61,668 bases of DNA from a virus, in IMG/VR virus record IMGVR_UViG_3300018080_000115, positions 76,695-138,362 of that record. One strand, given 5' to 3'. Positions 19,769 to 29,707 of the stretch are shown in pieces. The position numbers and the translations under genes are program-made. The notes beneath the pieces are model-generated. The model was not told where the DNA came from. It searched no databases and was given only the letters and a program-made list of their open reading frames with translations. Every line of letters begins with the position of its first letter. The first letter of the stretch is position 1.

Positions 19769-20092
19769 TTATTTGTGCATCCGAGCGAATCTGAGAACAA
19801 GAGCCTTTTCCAAATCATTCAACGGTCTAGTCTCAGAATCTGATCCATCAAGATTCGTCCAAATCTGAAGAAACAGTTCCCCTGAATCCACCGCGATCAA
19901 AGACGCACGTGGTTTCTGTTTCTGCTGTACTTCTTGAGAAGAAAACGAAACAGAAGCAAGTGCGGAAAGAGCAAGATTCAGTTCGGCAAGGTCTTCCATG
20001 CTTCCGGCTTCGGACACCTTGTCAAACACTCGCTTACGAAGTTTATGAGCGGCTTGCGGATCACCGGCAATCGTAGCTCTGATGAGATTCAG
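19769..20092 (-). CDS. hypothetical protein (start uncertain)
   Basis: Protein-like part of ORF 19769..20275 begins at a CTG overlapping the upstream TGA. Confidence 0.4.
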   Translation of the reverse strand: MNLIRATIAGDPQAAHKLRKRVFDKVSEAGSMEDLAELNLALSALASVSFSSQEVQQKQKPRASLIAVDSGELFLQIWTNLDGSDSETRPLNDLEKALVLRFARMHK

Positions 20093-20406
20093 ACTGACGC
20101 CGTTTTCATCTCTTGTTCCATTTGATGTTGCACCTGAAGGCTGACAAATACCAAGTTCTTCGTCCCTGTCAGATGAACCTGCACCGTCTCCGGAATTGGG
20201 CTTTCCCCCAACGCATTCAGGAATTGTTTGGCCTTCTGTTCTAGATCCTGCGGATTCGTCACGCCGTTTACCCATTTCAGAACTCTCGTCTTCCGCGTCA
20301 ACTCGAATCCGTACTTGTTCGCGTCCTGTTCGTTCAAGAGCTGAAACTCAACGGAACGAATTGAAGATGATGGAAAGGATCGATCCACTGTCTGTTGAGT
20401 AGACAT
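20089..20406 (-). CDS. hypothetical protein
   Basis: 105-aa ORF with AGG-ATG directly after primase. Confidence 0.6.
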   Translation of the reverse strand: MSTQQTVDRSFPSSSIRSVEFQLLNEQDANKYGFELTRKTRVLKWVNGVTNPQDLEQKAKQFLNALGESPIPETVQVHLTGTKNLVFVSLQVQHQMEQEMKTASV

Positions 20407-20410
20407 CCTA

Positions 20411-21670
20411 TCAGCCTTTCATGTTCAGAGAAAGAAAATTGTTGATTCTGCTTATATCATCATCGCGTTGTTCGACGGTTCGTTTTCTGCGATCAACGAA
20501 ACCGCCGTTGGATGTCAAGTCTGTCACAACCTTGCTGCGAAAACTCTTCATTTCGCGCTGAGTCGCGGATGCCATCAAAGCAGACTTGATCCAAGCAGAT
20601 GTATTCGGAAGCCATGGTACAGCGCCTTCAATCAGCTTTTCCGCTTCTTCTGCGTCCATCTCTCCAAAATCGTTCACATCGGACGGAAAAACAACCACCT
20701 TGAAATCCAAATTGTAATCGTTCAACAGCTTCGCGGCTTTCAGCGTTCCCTCAACACCTGGAAGATCGTTGTCCAAGGCAAGAATCAACTCGCCCTGATG
20801 AATCTCCTCTTGACCATTGACGCGCCTGCGAAGCGTAAGACGCTCACGAATCTTGGACAATTGAATCAGCGAAATCGTCTTGCCGAAAACAGAGCAGCCG
20901 CCCCTCACCTTCTTTGCATCAAAGATGCCCTCGCAAATCACAACCCTCTCTCCATGATGTACCTTGTGAAGCCCGGACACGATCTGGCTTTTGAAGTCTC
21001 CGACCGGATTGAGATATTTCGGATCGGTTCCAATGAACGTCCTTCCCTGAAACCAGACGAACCGCCCGTATTCGTCACGAACTGGAATGATGATCCTGCC
21101 ATGATACTTTCCGCTCGCACAGCATCTCAACTGCTCACGATCCACGTCGACTTGACTGAACCCGTAATGCTTCCGCAAATGAGATGCCGCTTTTGCGCTC
21201 CAAGAATTATCTTCGTTTTCCATTGAGATAGGAATGCTCCCTGTAGGATAGTCGATTTCAGGAAGCATCACAGGCTGCGAAACAGGTTGTTGCGGCATAG
21301 ACCGAACCGCATTCGAAGCGGCATTTTGGAACGGCATTCTGTCTGTGGGAATGATGGATTGAACCATCATTTCAGGCGTAAACAGAGAATGCTCCAAGGC
21401 AAATCCGATCAAGAACCTGATTGTCTCAGGCCAACTGTCGATGCCAAAATATTCCTTGACGAAATGAGGGAACGACCACGTCTCGCCCACGAAAAAATCA
21501 TGAACCCAGCCTTCCATATTGAAGCCGAGACACAAGCGTCTGTCGCGTCTGCGCCATGGAGATTCGACTTCAATCCATTCTCCATAGTCGTTCGTCCGCT
21601 CATCATACTCGCCAAAGTATTCAAGCACGAACGAACGGATGAAATCGGGAGTCGGATTGAATTTAGCCAT
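20411..21670 (-). CDS. DNA primase (TOPRIM, T4 gp61/DnaG-like)
   Basis: GRIIIPV, FQGR, PKYLNP, ICEGIFDA, LALDND..G, DFGEM. Confidence 0.9.
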   Translation of the reverse strand: MAKFNPTPDFIRSFVLEYFGEYDERTNDYGEWIEVESPWRRRDRRLCLGFNMEGWVHDFFVGETWSFPHFVKEYFGIDSWPETIRFLIGFALEHSLFTPEMMVQSIIPTDRMPFQNAASNAVRSMPQQPVSQPVMLPEIDYPTGSIPISMENEDNSWSAKAASHLRKHYGFSQVDVDREQLRCCASGKYHGRIIIPVRDEYGRFVWFQGRTFIGTDPKYLNPVGDFKSQIVSGLHKVHHGERVVICEGIFDAKKVRGGCSVFGKTISLIQLSKIRERLTLRRRVNGQEEIHQGELILALDNDLPGVEGTLKAAKLLNDYNLDFKVVVFPSDVNDFGEMDAEEAEKLIEGAVPWLPNTSAWIKSALMASATQREMKSFRSKVVTDLTSNGGFVDRRKRTVEQRDDDISRINNFLSLNMKG

Positions 21671-22241
21671 CGATCCGACTCCAACCAAGTTCTTCGCGTA
21701 TGCGTTCCTTCAGCCGAAAATCGATGACGTGAGTATAGTTCAGAACAGCGTCCCTGATGTTGCGCGGCAATGACCGAAACACCTTCTGCTTTCTGATCAG
21801 AGTCAGGACATGACGCGCTGAATCCCTGTTTTTCACCAACCTTGTCACCAACAGAACAAGGATTTCGTTGCTCAGTTCGTACTCAAGGAATCGATAGAAC
21901 AGACCGGCATGATCAAGCGCGCCATCCTCGCTTACGACCCGCGCAGCACAAATGTTGATGACAAGATTTTCCATGTTTGATCGCGTCGGAAACTTGGTGT
22001 CGAGAAGCATCCCGCCGACACTTGGACAAAGGTTCAGAATAGCGGTAAAATCGCTTGCCGAAAGCAAAGGATGCACCGCCAATTCATAGAACGTGTTCGG
22101 CACTTCCTCAACCATCATCTCATCATCAACCCATTCCATCACCTGTTGAAAAATTGAATGCAGTTCCGATGACTCCGAACACTTTCGAATCTGCTTGATG
22201 GCTTCCCCCGCGATTCCTTCAGCCAATGGGTCCGCGCTCAT
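21663..22241 (-). CDS. hypothetical protein
   Basis: 192-aa helical ORF overlapping both neighbours. Confidence 0.65.
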   Translation of the reverse strand: MSADPLAEGIAGEAIKQIRKCSESSELHSIFQQVMEWVDDEMMVEEVPNTFYELAVHPLLSASDFTAILNLCPSVGGMLLDTKFPTRSNMENLVINICAARVVSEDGALDHAGLFYRFLEYELSNEILVLLVTRLVKNRDSARHVLTLIRKQKVFRSLPRNIRDAVLNYTHVIDFRLKERIREELGWSRIDG

Positions 22242-22615
22242 TCTTCAGCCCACTTTCCATCTTCAACCACTTCGACCTTCAAATTGTGCGGCAACATCTG
22301 CCTTTCGACAGCCGCCTCAACAGCCTGTTTGTTGACCAAGGCTTCGCCGCATCGAAGACGATGCCACGCCTTGAACTTTTTCGATTCGATCAACCGTCGA
22401 AACGCTTGGCGTTTATTCTGCCCCTGGCTTCTTCTTTCCTGAGCCTCACCAACTGCGCCAGACGCTTCATGAACAATTCGGACGCCGCTATCCGTCTTGT
22501 TTCGATGCTGCCCGCCCGGTCCACTGCCCCTGAACGTCGTAACGGTCAAATCTTTCTTTGTGACCGAAAACAACAGCTCACGATTCGCTTCTGTTTTCTT
22601 TTGTCGTTTTCGCAT
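22238..22615 (-). CDS. peptide chain release factor-like protein (stand-alone GGQ domain)
   Basis: FRGSGPGGQHRNKTDSGVRIVH...ERRSQGQNKRQAF. Confidence 0.9.
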   Translation of the reverse strand: MRKRQKKTEANRELLFSVTKKDLTVTTFRGSGPGGQHRNKTDSGVRIVHEASGAVGEAQERRSQGQNKRQAFRRLIESKKFKAWHRLRCGEALVNKQAVEAAVERQMLPHNLKVEVVEDGKWAEE

Positions 22616-22621
22616 CGCGTC

Positions 22622-23137
22622 CTATCCCAACAATGCCCTGGCAAGTTTACTGCCCTTGGCATAGAGCAGTTTGAAAGCAGGCACCTGCGTCCAATCGAGC
22701 TGAACGATTTCCTGCCAATACTTCACAACCGGCCAAATCTTGTCTTCCACATCATTCCTGATGTTGTTCGACTTCACATCACGCGGCACCAATCTCCTCA
22801 ATCGAAACATCGATGGCACAATCAGCAAGTCATGTGTCTTGATGATAGTGCCTTCAACAGTGCCATAGAAAGCGCCTGCCGCTGTAATATGCAATTCATA
22901 CGCCAGCATTCTGCCGTTTCTGCGATCAGCCAAATAAACCGTGACGAATCCCTTGAACCCCTTGTCGTCCGAAACGCCCCACTTCGCATTGACGTCGATT
23001 CTCTTGCGCGCCCGCTCTGCAAGCCGCCTGTGTTTGCGCTCAAGAACATCCGCAACGGCCGACGCGAAATAGCGCATGTGCTCTTTGCGCTGATCGGTCG
23101 GTTCCACAATTTCAGGAAAATTCCTGCCAAGCATCAA
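22622..23137 (-). CDS. hypothetical protein
   Basis: 171-aa ORF overlapping MTase stop. Confidence 0.6.
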   Translation of the reverse strand: MMLGRNFPEIVEPTDQRKEHMRYFASAVADVLERKHRRLAERARKRIDVNAKWGVSDDKGFKGFVTVYLADRRNGRMLAYELHITAAGAFYGTVEGTIIKTHDLLIVPSMFRLRRLVPRDVKSNNIRNDVEDKIWPVVKYWQEIVQLDWTQVPAFKLLYAKGSKLARALLG

Positions 23138-24003
23138 AGCAGCTCCTTCATCATCGTGCCTAGGGCTTCGGTTTGGATACGTTCTTCCGCCATCTGAATG
23201 TATCTTGGATTGATCTCACATCCCAGAAAACGCCTTCCCTGTTGAATCGCGACAACACCTGTGGTTCCAGTGCCGCAGAACGGGTCCATGACGACGTCTC
23301 CCGGTCTGGAAGAAGCTAAAATACACGTCAATGCCATCTCTTTCGGCATTGGAGCAAAGTGCGCGCCCTTGCAGCGAGTCACAGGGATTTCCCAAACAGA
23401 ACGCTTGTTGCGTCCGTTCGGATGATACGCCTGTTCGCTGCAAAGCGTTTCCGCTGGCAGACCCGTCTTTCCGCTTCTGTGCCCGTCTCCCGTTGTCCGT
23501 CCGCGCCCGCTCAGATGCTTGCGCCGTTCGAACCCGCCATGTTCTTCTCGAATGGCGTCCTGATCATAGTAGTACCGCTTGTTCTTGCTGAGAAAAAACA
23601 GGGTCTCATGCGTGCGTGTCGGCCTGTCCTTGACGCTTTCGCATTTGCCGTTCGGCTTCGACCAAATGATTTCTTGCCTGATGACCCATCCGCTTGCGCG
23701 CAACCATTCGACAACCTTCCACGGGATGCCGCACAAACTCTTGTCAACGCTGCGATCACCTAGATTGAGCCACAACGTTCCATCATCCTTCAGCAAGGGC
23801 AGGAGATTATTCATGGCAAGAGCGATCCGTTCAACATACGCTTCGAGAAATTTTTCCAATCCAAGCTGACCCTCCGCATGATAATCCCTCATGCGCCAGT
23901 AAGGCGGCGACGTTACAACGGATTGAACAGTTCCATTCAATCTTTCGTCATAGGAACCCAAGACGGAATCTTGTTCCAAGATCGTGTGCCATCCGTCAAA
24001 CAT
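23134..24003 (-). CDS. DNA methyltransferase, beta-class N4-C/N6-A
   Basis: TSPPY motif IV, then VMDPFCGTGTTG motif I. Confidence 0.92.
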   Translation of the reverse strand: MFDGWHTILEQDSVLGSYDERLNGTVQSVVTSPPYWRMRDYHAEGQLGLEKFLEAYVERIALAMNNLLPLLKDDGTLWLNLGDRSVDKSLCGIPWKVVEWLRASGWVIRQEIIWSKPNGKCESVKDRPTRTHETLFFLSKNKRYYYDQDAIREEHGGFERRKHLSGRGRTTGDGHRSGKTGLPAETLCSEQAYHPNGRNKRSVWEIPVTRCKGAHFAPMPKEMALTCILASSRPGDVVMDPFCGTGTTGVVAIQQGRRFLGCEINPRYIQMAEERIQTEALGTMMKELL

Positions 24004-24019
24004 GTTCAGCCTTTTCTGT

Positions 24020-26284
24020 TCAAAACGGTGCACCATCAACAACGTGATGGATCGCAAGCAAATGATACCGCCCATCTCCCTTTTTGGCCAGCGAGATCAA
24101 AATTCGACACCCTTCCGTCAAATGCATCATCTTGTTGTTCGTTTGATCCTTCACCGCTTCATCGAAACGTTCAAGCTCCTTCGACCACATATATGCAACT
24201 ATATTATCTATTCGGAAATTATGCATTTTAACCCACATAAAATATTTGCCTTCATTGCGGCCTGACTTGATCTTCTTCTCTCCGAACGCTTCAACGAACA
24301 CCACGGTATAAACGCTGTCGAAAGCCGGAAGAGCGACGAGTTCTTCAAGCGGATAGATGCCGTTCGGCCTGTCTTCAATCAGACCAGAAATGCTAAAGGC
24401 GTATCCCGCGTAATCCCGTTCGCTCTCCAAAAAGCCCATCGTATCGAGACGAATCCGGTTCTCATGCTTGGTTCTCTTCGACTCATAGAACCTGTCCAAC
24501 AAGGCTTGACGCATTTCCGCTTCTTCAACGCCTTCAATTGCGTCAAAAGCACCGGACAAGATCAAGGCTTCCATAACCCGTTTGTGTCCCGCAGGACTTT
24601 TGAGCGTCTTTTGAATGTAGTCGTCAAGACTCTTGTACGGCTGACGTTCAACGATCACCGGACCAGCGGCACCGGACACATACTTCAATTTATCGAATCC
24701 CAACCGTACGTTCTGGCCCTCTAATTTCACCGTCACCAGCGACTGATTCACGTCTGGCGGAAGAACCTCAACGCCCATTCTTCGCGCCGCGCTGATATAC
24801 GCCAACAACTTGCTGTCCTTCAGATTCTCTGCAACCTGAATCAACGCACCGAAAAATTCCGTCGTGTATTTCGCCTTGATGTACAACTCTCTAAACGAAA
24901 TGAGACTATACTCAAGGCAATGGGCGAAATTGAATGAATACCCAGCCTGCCCAACCACGGTCTCCCACCATTTCGTTGCCAAATCTTCCGGCATCCCGAT
25001 CGACGCACAGTTCTTCATGTACTTCGCCTGAGCGTCTTCCAGGATCTGGGTATGCTTCTCGGTTCGCTTTTCGGGCGGCTTCGTGATGACTTTGCGAACC
25101 TTGTTTGTCCCTGGCAGATCAATGCCGCCCACATAGTGCAGGAAGAGCATGATCTGTTCTTGGTACGCAACCACGCCATAAGTACGACGCATGATCCTCA
25201 AAAACTTGTCGGACACCCCGTATTGAGCAAGCTGTTCGACGTCTGGATAGTCCGCATCCTTCTGCCCGTTGGCATGCTTGTGATAGACTTCAGGAGCGCC
25301 AGCGGCAGACGCGCCCGGACGCATCCCCGCATTGATGAACGTCAGATCATCGAAACTCTTCGGCTGAACCTTGGCGACGCATTGACGACCGGCTGGACCC
25401 TCAAGCTGAAACACGCCTTCCAACTCTCCCCGACACGCCAATTGATAGATGTCAGGATGGTCAAAGCCAAGATCGAACCAGAACTTTTCGTCCATCTCAA
25501 TGCCGTGACGTTCCTTGATGAACCGCATCGCCCACGCCAGAATGTCTATATTCGTCAACCCAAGAAAATCATACTTAATCGCTCCCTGCGGCTGCAACTC
25601 CTCTTTGTTCAAAGCGATCATATGCGCGTTGTTCTTCGAGCGCATGACCGGCAAATATTCGGTTATCGGATCGCTCGACACGACCAGCGCAGCCGCGTGC
25701 TGACCCACACTGCGGATCAGCTCTCCGTATTTGACGACCCATTCCTTGTACATTGGAGATTCGGCAAACAGTTCGGCCGCATGATCCGACTCTTCCTGAA
25801 GCCAGTCCAGTTCTTCCGAAGTCTCATCCAATTCTTTGTCTGGCGGAACATTGTCGAACGCCTTGCACACCTGAACTATTTCTCTTCGATCGTATCCAAG
25901 CCCCTCTCCTATATCCTGCATTCCGCCGCGCACATTCGCATTGCTGAACGTCGCCACGCTCATGATGCGCCCTTTGCCGTACACCGCTTCAAGATACGCC
26001 CTGATTGCCTCACGCCCACGCGGAGAAAAATCGGCATCGATGTCTGGATAGTCGCCTTCGATCCATGAATGATGCAGCGTATCAGGAACAGGAGCAACGC
26101 CCCTCAAGTAGTGATAGAGCACATTGAAAGGATTCTCATCGTCCGCTTCCACGCTGTCCAAATCGAACCCTTGCGTCTGCGCCTGTTCGATTTCATCCGT
26201 CAGATACGACTTCAATTCTAGAAGACTGCCGAGTCGCTGAAGGTCAGGATCTAATGAATATCTTTGTTCAAGAACGTCAAGCAT
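24020..26284 (-). CDS. dnaE: DNA polymerase III alpha subunit (DnaE), lacking PHP domain
   Basis: PDIDADF, GQHAAALVV, KYDFLGLTN, GVFQLE, RPG, YQEQIM, YSFN.AH, PPDVNQS, ALILSGAFD. Confidence 0.9.
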   Translation of the reverse strand: MLDVLEQRYSLDPDLQRLGSLLELKSYLTDEIEQAQTQGFDLDSVEADDENPFNVLYHYLRGVAPVPDTLHHSWIEGDYPDIDADFSPRGREAIRAYLEAVYGKGRIMSVATFSNANVRGGMQDIGEGLGYDRREIVQVCKAFDNVPPDKELDETSEELDWLQEESDHAAELFAESPMYKEWVVKYGELIRSVGQHAAALVVSSDPITEYLPVMRSKNNAHMIALNKEELQPQGAIKYDFLGLTNIDILAWAMRFIKERHGIEMDEKFWFDLGFDHPDIYQLACRGELEGVFQLEGPAGRQCVAKVQPKSFDDLTFINAGMRPGASAAGAPEVYHKHANGQKDADYPDVEQLAQYGVSDKFLRIMRRTYGVVAYQEQIMLFLHYVGGIDLPGTNKVRKVITKPPEKRTEKHTQILEDAQAKYMKNCASIGMPEDLATKWWETVVGQAGYSFNFAHCLEYSLISFRELYIKAKYTTEFFGALIQVAENLKDSKLLAYISAARRMGVEVLPPDVNQSLVTVKLEGQNVRLGFDKLKYVSGAAGPVIVERQPYKSLDDYIQKTLKSPAGHKRVMEALILSGAFDAIEGVEEAEMRQALLDRFYESKRTKHENRIRLDTMGFLESERDYAGYAFSISGLIEDRPNGIYPLEELVALPAFDSVYTVVFVEAFGEKKIKSGRNEGKYFMWVKMHNFRIDNIVAYMWSKELERFDEAVKDQTNNKMMHLTEGCRILISLAKKGDGRYHLLAIHHVVDGAPF

Positions 26285-26573
26285 TTTTCCGTTCTTCGCG
26301 TTCCATCATGATCCCTTCAAGAACACCAACCGGTTCATGAAGCTGTTCATCAGGAATCGGATGACCACTCAATGACCCGATCAGATCTTCATCGGGATTG
26401 AACGGAACCACCAAAACCAGATAATCACGACTGGTGTTTCTGTTCCATTGACTGAGAGTCCGGTTCAATTCCTTCAGCTTCTCAGAAACTTCCGCGCTCA
26501 TATGCTGCTGCGACTGTTTTCTCATGTTTTCCATGACGATCGTTCTCCTCTTTCGTCTCACCATGAGAAACAT
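26277..26573 (-). CDS. hypothetical protein
   Basis: 98-aa ORF overlapping dnaE start. Confidence 0.55.
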   Translation of the reverse strand: MFLMVRRKRRTIVMENMRKQSQQHMSAEVSEKLKELNRTLSQWNRNTSRDYLVLVVPFNPDEDLIGSLSGHPIPDEQLHEPVGVLEGIMMEREERKNA

Positions 26574-26603
26574 ACAACAGCCGCAGCAATTCAGCGCATA
26601 ATT

Positions 26604-26783
26604 TCACGCCACATCGCACGAAACTTTTTCATTCGCGCGAAAACGTTTCAATTCTTGAAGCCACTCTACCAACTGTTGATGATCTTCTGCACATTGCTGT
26701 TCTGAAGACGTCCCGCCTTTGCATGCTTCTGCAACTTCTTGCGCATGCTGAATAGCTTGATCAAGCGTCATTCTATTGTTCAT
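26604..26783 (-). CDS. small phage protein (MTLDQAIQHAQEVA...CAEDHQQLVEWLQELK)
   Basis: 59-aa ORF translated by hand, below track cut-off; overlaps endolysin stop; resembles a common small phage protein pattern. Confidence 0.65.
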   Translation of the reverse strand: MNNRMTLDQAIQHAQEVAEACKGGTSSEQQCAEDHQQLVEWLQELKRFRANEKVSCDVA

Positions 26784-27769
26784 CAGAAAATCACATCTTT
26801 TCTGATGACCACATTGGAAGTGAAAACGCGCAACGTCCTGATCGTCAAAGCATTCGGTTGCTTGGAACGATCAATAGCATAATCGTCTTGGAATTGATTC
26901 ATCGCCCTCTTCGTCTTCTTTCCCCACTTGCCGTCAACAGGAAAGACACTGTATCCCATCATCTGCAACAGACTCTGGAATTCTTTCAAAGACATCTCTT
27001 TGCTGACGTCCTTCAGAATATTCGCTTTGACCCACGCCTCAACCGTCTTGCTCCGTCCAATGTGATTGAAATGCCATTCCTCAACCGCGCGCCGCGCGCC
27101 GTCACGGAACTTCTGACGCACCGATGAAAGAGGCTTCCAACCGAATCGAGCAAAATAGTTCTGCATTTCCAGAATGCGCGTAGCCCTCTTGACTTTGCGG
27201 TCGCTGATGATTCCTTGATCCCTCAGCGTCTCCAAAGCATACTCGACATCGATGTCAAAGGACACTCCGTAATTGTGCCCTGAGAAGCCTGGACGCGCAG
27301 CGATTCGACCTTTACGCCTGCGTACGTTCAGCGAACGTGAAAAGGACCGGTAGATGTCCGTGAACCGAAGCTTGTGCTCAGTCGCCTGCATCAGCGCGCC
27401 GAAGTCTTCTGCGGCAGATTCTTCCATCATCATCATATGATTTGGCAGGAGTCCTTGCGAAGTGTTGTACACGCTTGGAACCCAGCCGACAAGCCTGACC
27501 AATTCAATGTTCAGACGTTGAGCAACATGTCCTTTTTTGACGACTTTCCAGATGTCGTCTAGATCAATCAGCTCAACACGTCGTTGACCGCTCCGAACTA
27601 TATACGTCACAATTTCTGTTTCAACCTCGCTTGAAACAAACGGATCAGTCAGCACCAAACACCATCCCCCCACCCCATTTGAAAGAACGACAATATCCCC
27701 TCTGCGAACATCATTCCTTCCAACCTGATGTTTCTTGACCATGACGTCGGTTTCAACTTTCTCTTTCAT
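26783..27769 (-). CDS. endolysin: M15 (VanY-like) peptidase plus C-terminal peptidoglycan-binding domain
   Basis: YRS, AARPGFSGHNYGVSFDID, EEWHF; VDGKWGKKTKRAMNQFQ; TGATG overlap with thyX. Confidence 0.8.
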   Translation of the reverse strand: MKEKVETDVMVKKHQVGRNDVRRGDIVVLSNGVGGWCLVLTDPFVSSEVETEIVTYIVRSGQRRVELIDLDDIWKVVKKGHVAQRLNIELVRLVGWVPSVYNTSQGLLPNHMMMMEESAAEDFGALMQATEHKLRFTDIYRSFSRSLNVRRRKGRIAARPGFSGHNYGVSFDIDVEYALETLRDQGIISDRKVKRATRILEMQNYFARFGWKPLSSVRQKFRDGARRAVEEWHFNHIGRSKTVEAWVKANILKDVSKEMSLKEFQSLLQMMGYSVFPVDGKWGKKTKRAMNQFQDDYAIDRSKQPNALTIRTLRVFTSNVVIRKDVIF

Positions 27770-29277
27770 CAGTATGACCTTTCCATCTCCATGATTTCCT
27801 CGAAATCGTATCTCCAAAGCTGAACGCCGCAATAACGATCGCCTTCCAAACACGGTGGATCTTCGCCGCGCATCGCGCGTAACTTGCACGTCGGATACAA
27901 GTCAAACGCATCCCCCAAGACATCACGGTGAACATGAGCGACTTGTTGAATCTCTTCGATCACCGAACGCCAAATTTCTTCTTGTGCATTGAAACAGATT
28001 CGAGTCTTGGCCTTGTGTCGGAATCCGTTGAGAGACGCCACCTCCATCAGCCTGATGTTGACTCCGTTCGGAATCACATACAGAGCCTTTTCCGGCGCGA
28101 CTCCCATTTCAATCAGATCGCGAAAGCCTTTCATCATAGTGCCCATCGCTTCCTGATATCTTTCACTGCCGACCAACAGACTCGGAACGTAAAAATCGTC
28201 AGACGTTCCAATCTGATTCAAGAGATGCGGGACGTTGCGGTCAATGACGCGATGACGCTGCTGTTGCGCGTCACAACTCAGAGAATGCTTCTTGGCGAAA
28301 GCGTAGCGAAAATAATTCCCTACCATGCCCGCGTCTTTGGAGACAGGATCAATATTCAACGCATGTTGATCAGATGGAATCGGAAACGTTGGAGACAAAC
28401 CAATCCGATCAAGATAACGAAGCCAGGGATCTTGCAGTGCAAATGTAACATCTGTCGGGAAGTAACCAATCATCTTCGAATACTGGTGTTTCGGACCAAG
28501 AACCTCTTGATCAAAAATCAGATTCGCCTCTTCGGTCTCTTCGGGATCGTAGACGCCGGAAAACTCCATGCTGTCTTCTTGAACAGCATCAAACTGCTGT
28601 TGCAGACCAGCATCTTTCTTCAACACAGCGCCGATCATCGCCTGAACCAACGGTAATGCCTCTTCCTCGAAACTTGGCGTTCGACAAACGGATTTCAGGC
28701 GCAAAAGCGTAATGACGTCAATGGTATAGTACATATGACAAAGCACTGCCAGCGGCAGAACATATCGTGCGTTCTCTTGAGCGATTTGAACAGGCACGCG
28801 CTGCCATTTCGGATCATCCGTGCTTCGATGTTCGAATCGCTTGAAGTAAGCCCGCGACGCATTCTTTTGCAGATCATCCGCCAATGCACGATACGTTTTG
28901 AAAGAAAACGCCATCAGCTCTTTGTAACGTGTCTCTTGCTCTTGTGTCATGCCGCTTGGAATGAAAATCCCGGAAGGGTCCATTCGAACATATCGTTGAC
29001 TGACTTGACTGGTATTATAGAACCTCTGATCGTGCAAAAACGCCCAAACGAGATAACGGCTCACACCATTGAACAAAAAGGTGTATGGTTTATGCTGAAA
29101 GGTCGTGTGATGACCGGAACGGAACAAGTCCTTAAGCAGTTTCGGATTCTCATCTTTTGACGGCTTGACCGGCTTCTCTCCGTAGCATGAACGGGCAGAT
29201 GCGACAGTCATCGCGGAACAAGGCTTGTTGTCAATGATCGAAACTTTCAAGGGCATGATCGGCGTCCTTTCTCTCAT
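27769..29277 (-). CDS. thyX: FAD-dependent thymidylate synthase, tandem two-domain form
   Basis: SGHHTTFQH, SQRYV, ENARYVLP, QRHR, ALYVIPN, CFNAQEEI. Confidence 0.88.
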   Translation of the reverse strand: MRERTPIMPLKVSIIDNKPCSAMTVASARSCYGEKPVKPSKDENPKLLKDLFRSGHHTTFQHKPYTFLFNGVSRYLVWAFLHDQRFYNTSQVSQRYVRMDPSGIFIPSGMTQEQETRYKELMAFSFKTYRALADDLQKNASRAYFKRFEHRSTDDPKWQRVPVQIAQENARYVLPLAVLCHMYYTIDVITLLRLKSVCRTPSFEEEALPLVQAMIGAVLKKDAGLQQQFDAVQEDSMEFSGVYDPEETEEANLIFDQEVLGPKHQYSKMIGYFPTDVTFALQDPWLRYLDRIGLSPTFPIPSDQHALNIDPVSKDAGMVGNYFRYAFAKKHSLSCDAQQQRHRVIDRNVPHLLNQIGTSDDFYVPSLLVGSERYQEAMGTMMKGFRDLIEMGVAPEKALYVIPNGVNIRLMEVASLNGFRHKAKTRICFNAQEEIWRSVIEEIQQVAHVHRDVLGDAFDLYPTCKLRAMRGEDPPCLEGDRYCGVQLWRYDFEEIMEMERSY

Positions 29278-29316
29278 CGTTTGGCATCCTGAAAAACTTC
29301 TTGGAAAAAACCTACC

Positions 29317-29688
29317 ATGAAAAATTCTGAAAAGGAAGCTTTTCTGCTTGAAAAATTAAATTCAATGAACCAACTCGCAAGAAAAGCTATAAACACTCAA
29401 GCAATCAAGAAGAGTCATCCTCTCATCCCCGCAAACCGTCTGTCCATGATCCAAATGCGGATCAATCTGCTCAACAGCATCATGGATCGCATCACATTCA
29501 GCACGCCGTTTCTGTTCAAAGAGAGTATGGACAATCGCTTCGAACGCGGACTTGAATGGCTTTCTGAACGATTCAACAGAATACTACAAAACGAAGTCAC
29601 AGAAACGACAGATGACGACCCCGAATGCAAAAATCTTCAACAAATTATTGAACTGGTCATGAAAGTGGTGATGAACGAAATAAAATAA
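29317..29688 (+). CDS. hypothetical protein
   Basis: 123-aa ORF divergent from thyX. Confidence 0.6.
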   Translation: MKNSEKEAFLLEKLNSMNQLARKAINTQAIKKSHPLIPANRLSMIQMRINLLNSIMDRITFSTPFLFKESMDNRFERGLEWLSERFNRILQNEVTETTDDDPECKNLQQIIELVMKVVMNEIK

Positions 29689-29707
29689 TAAACATCAGAG
29701 ATAAATA

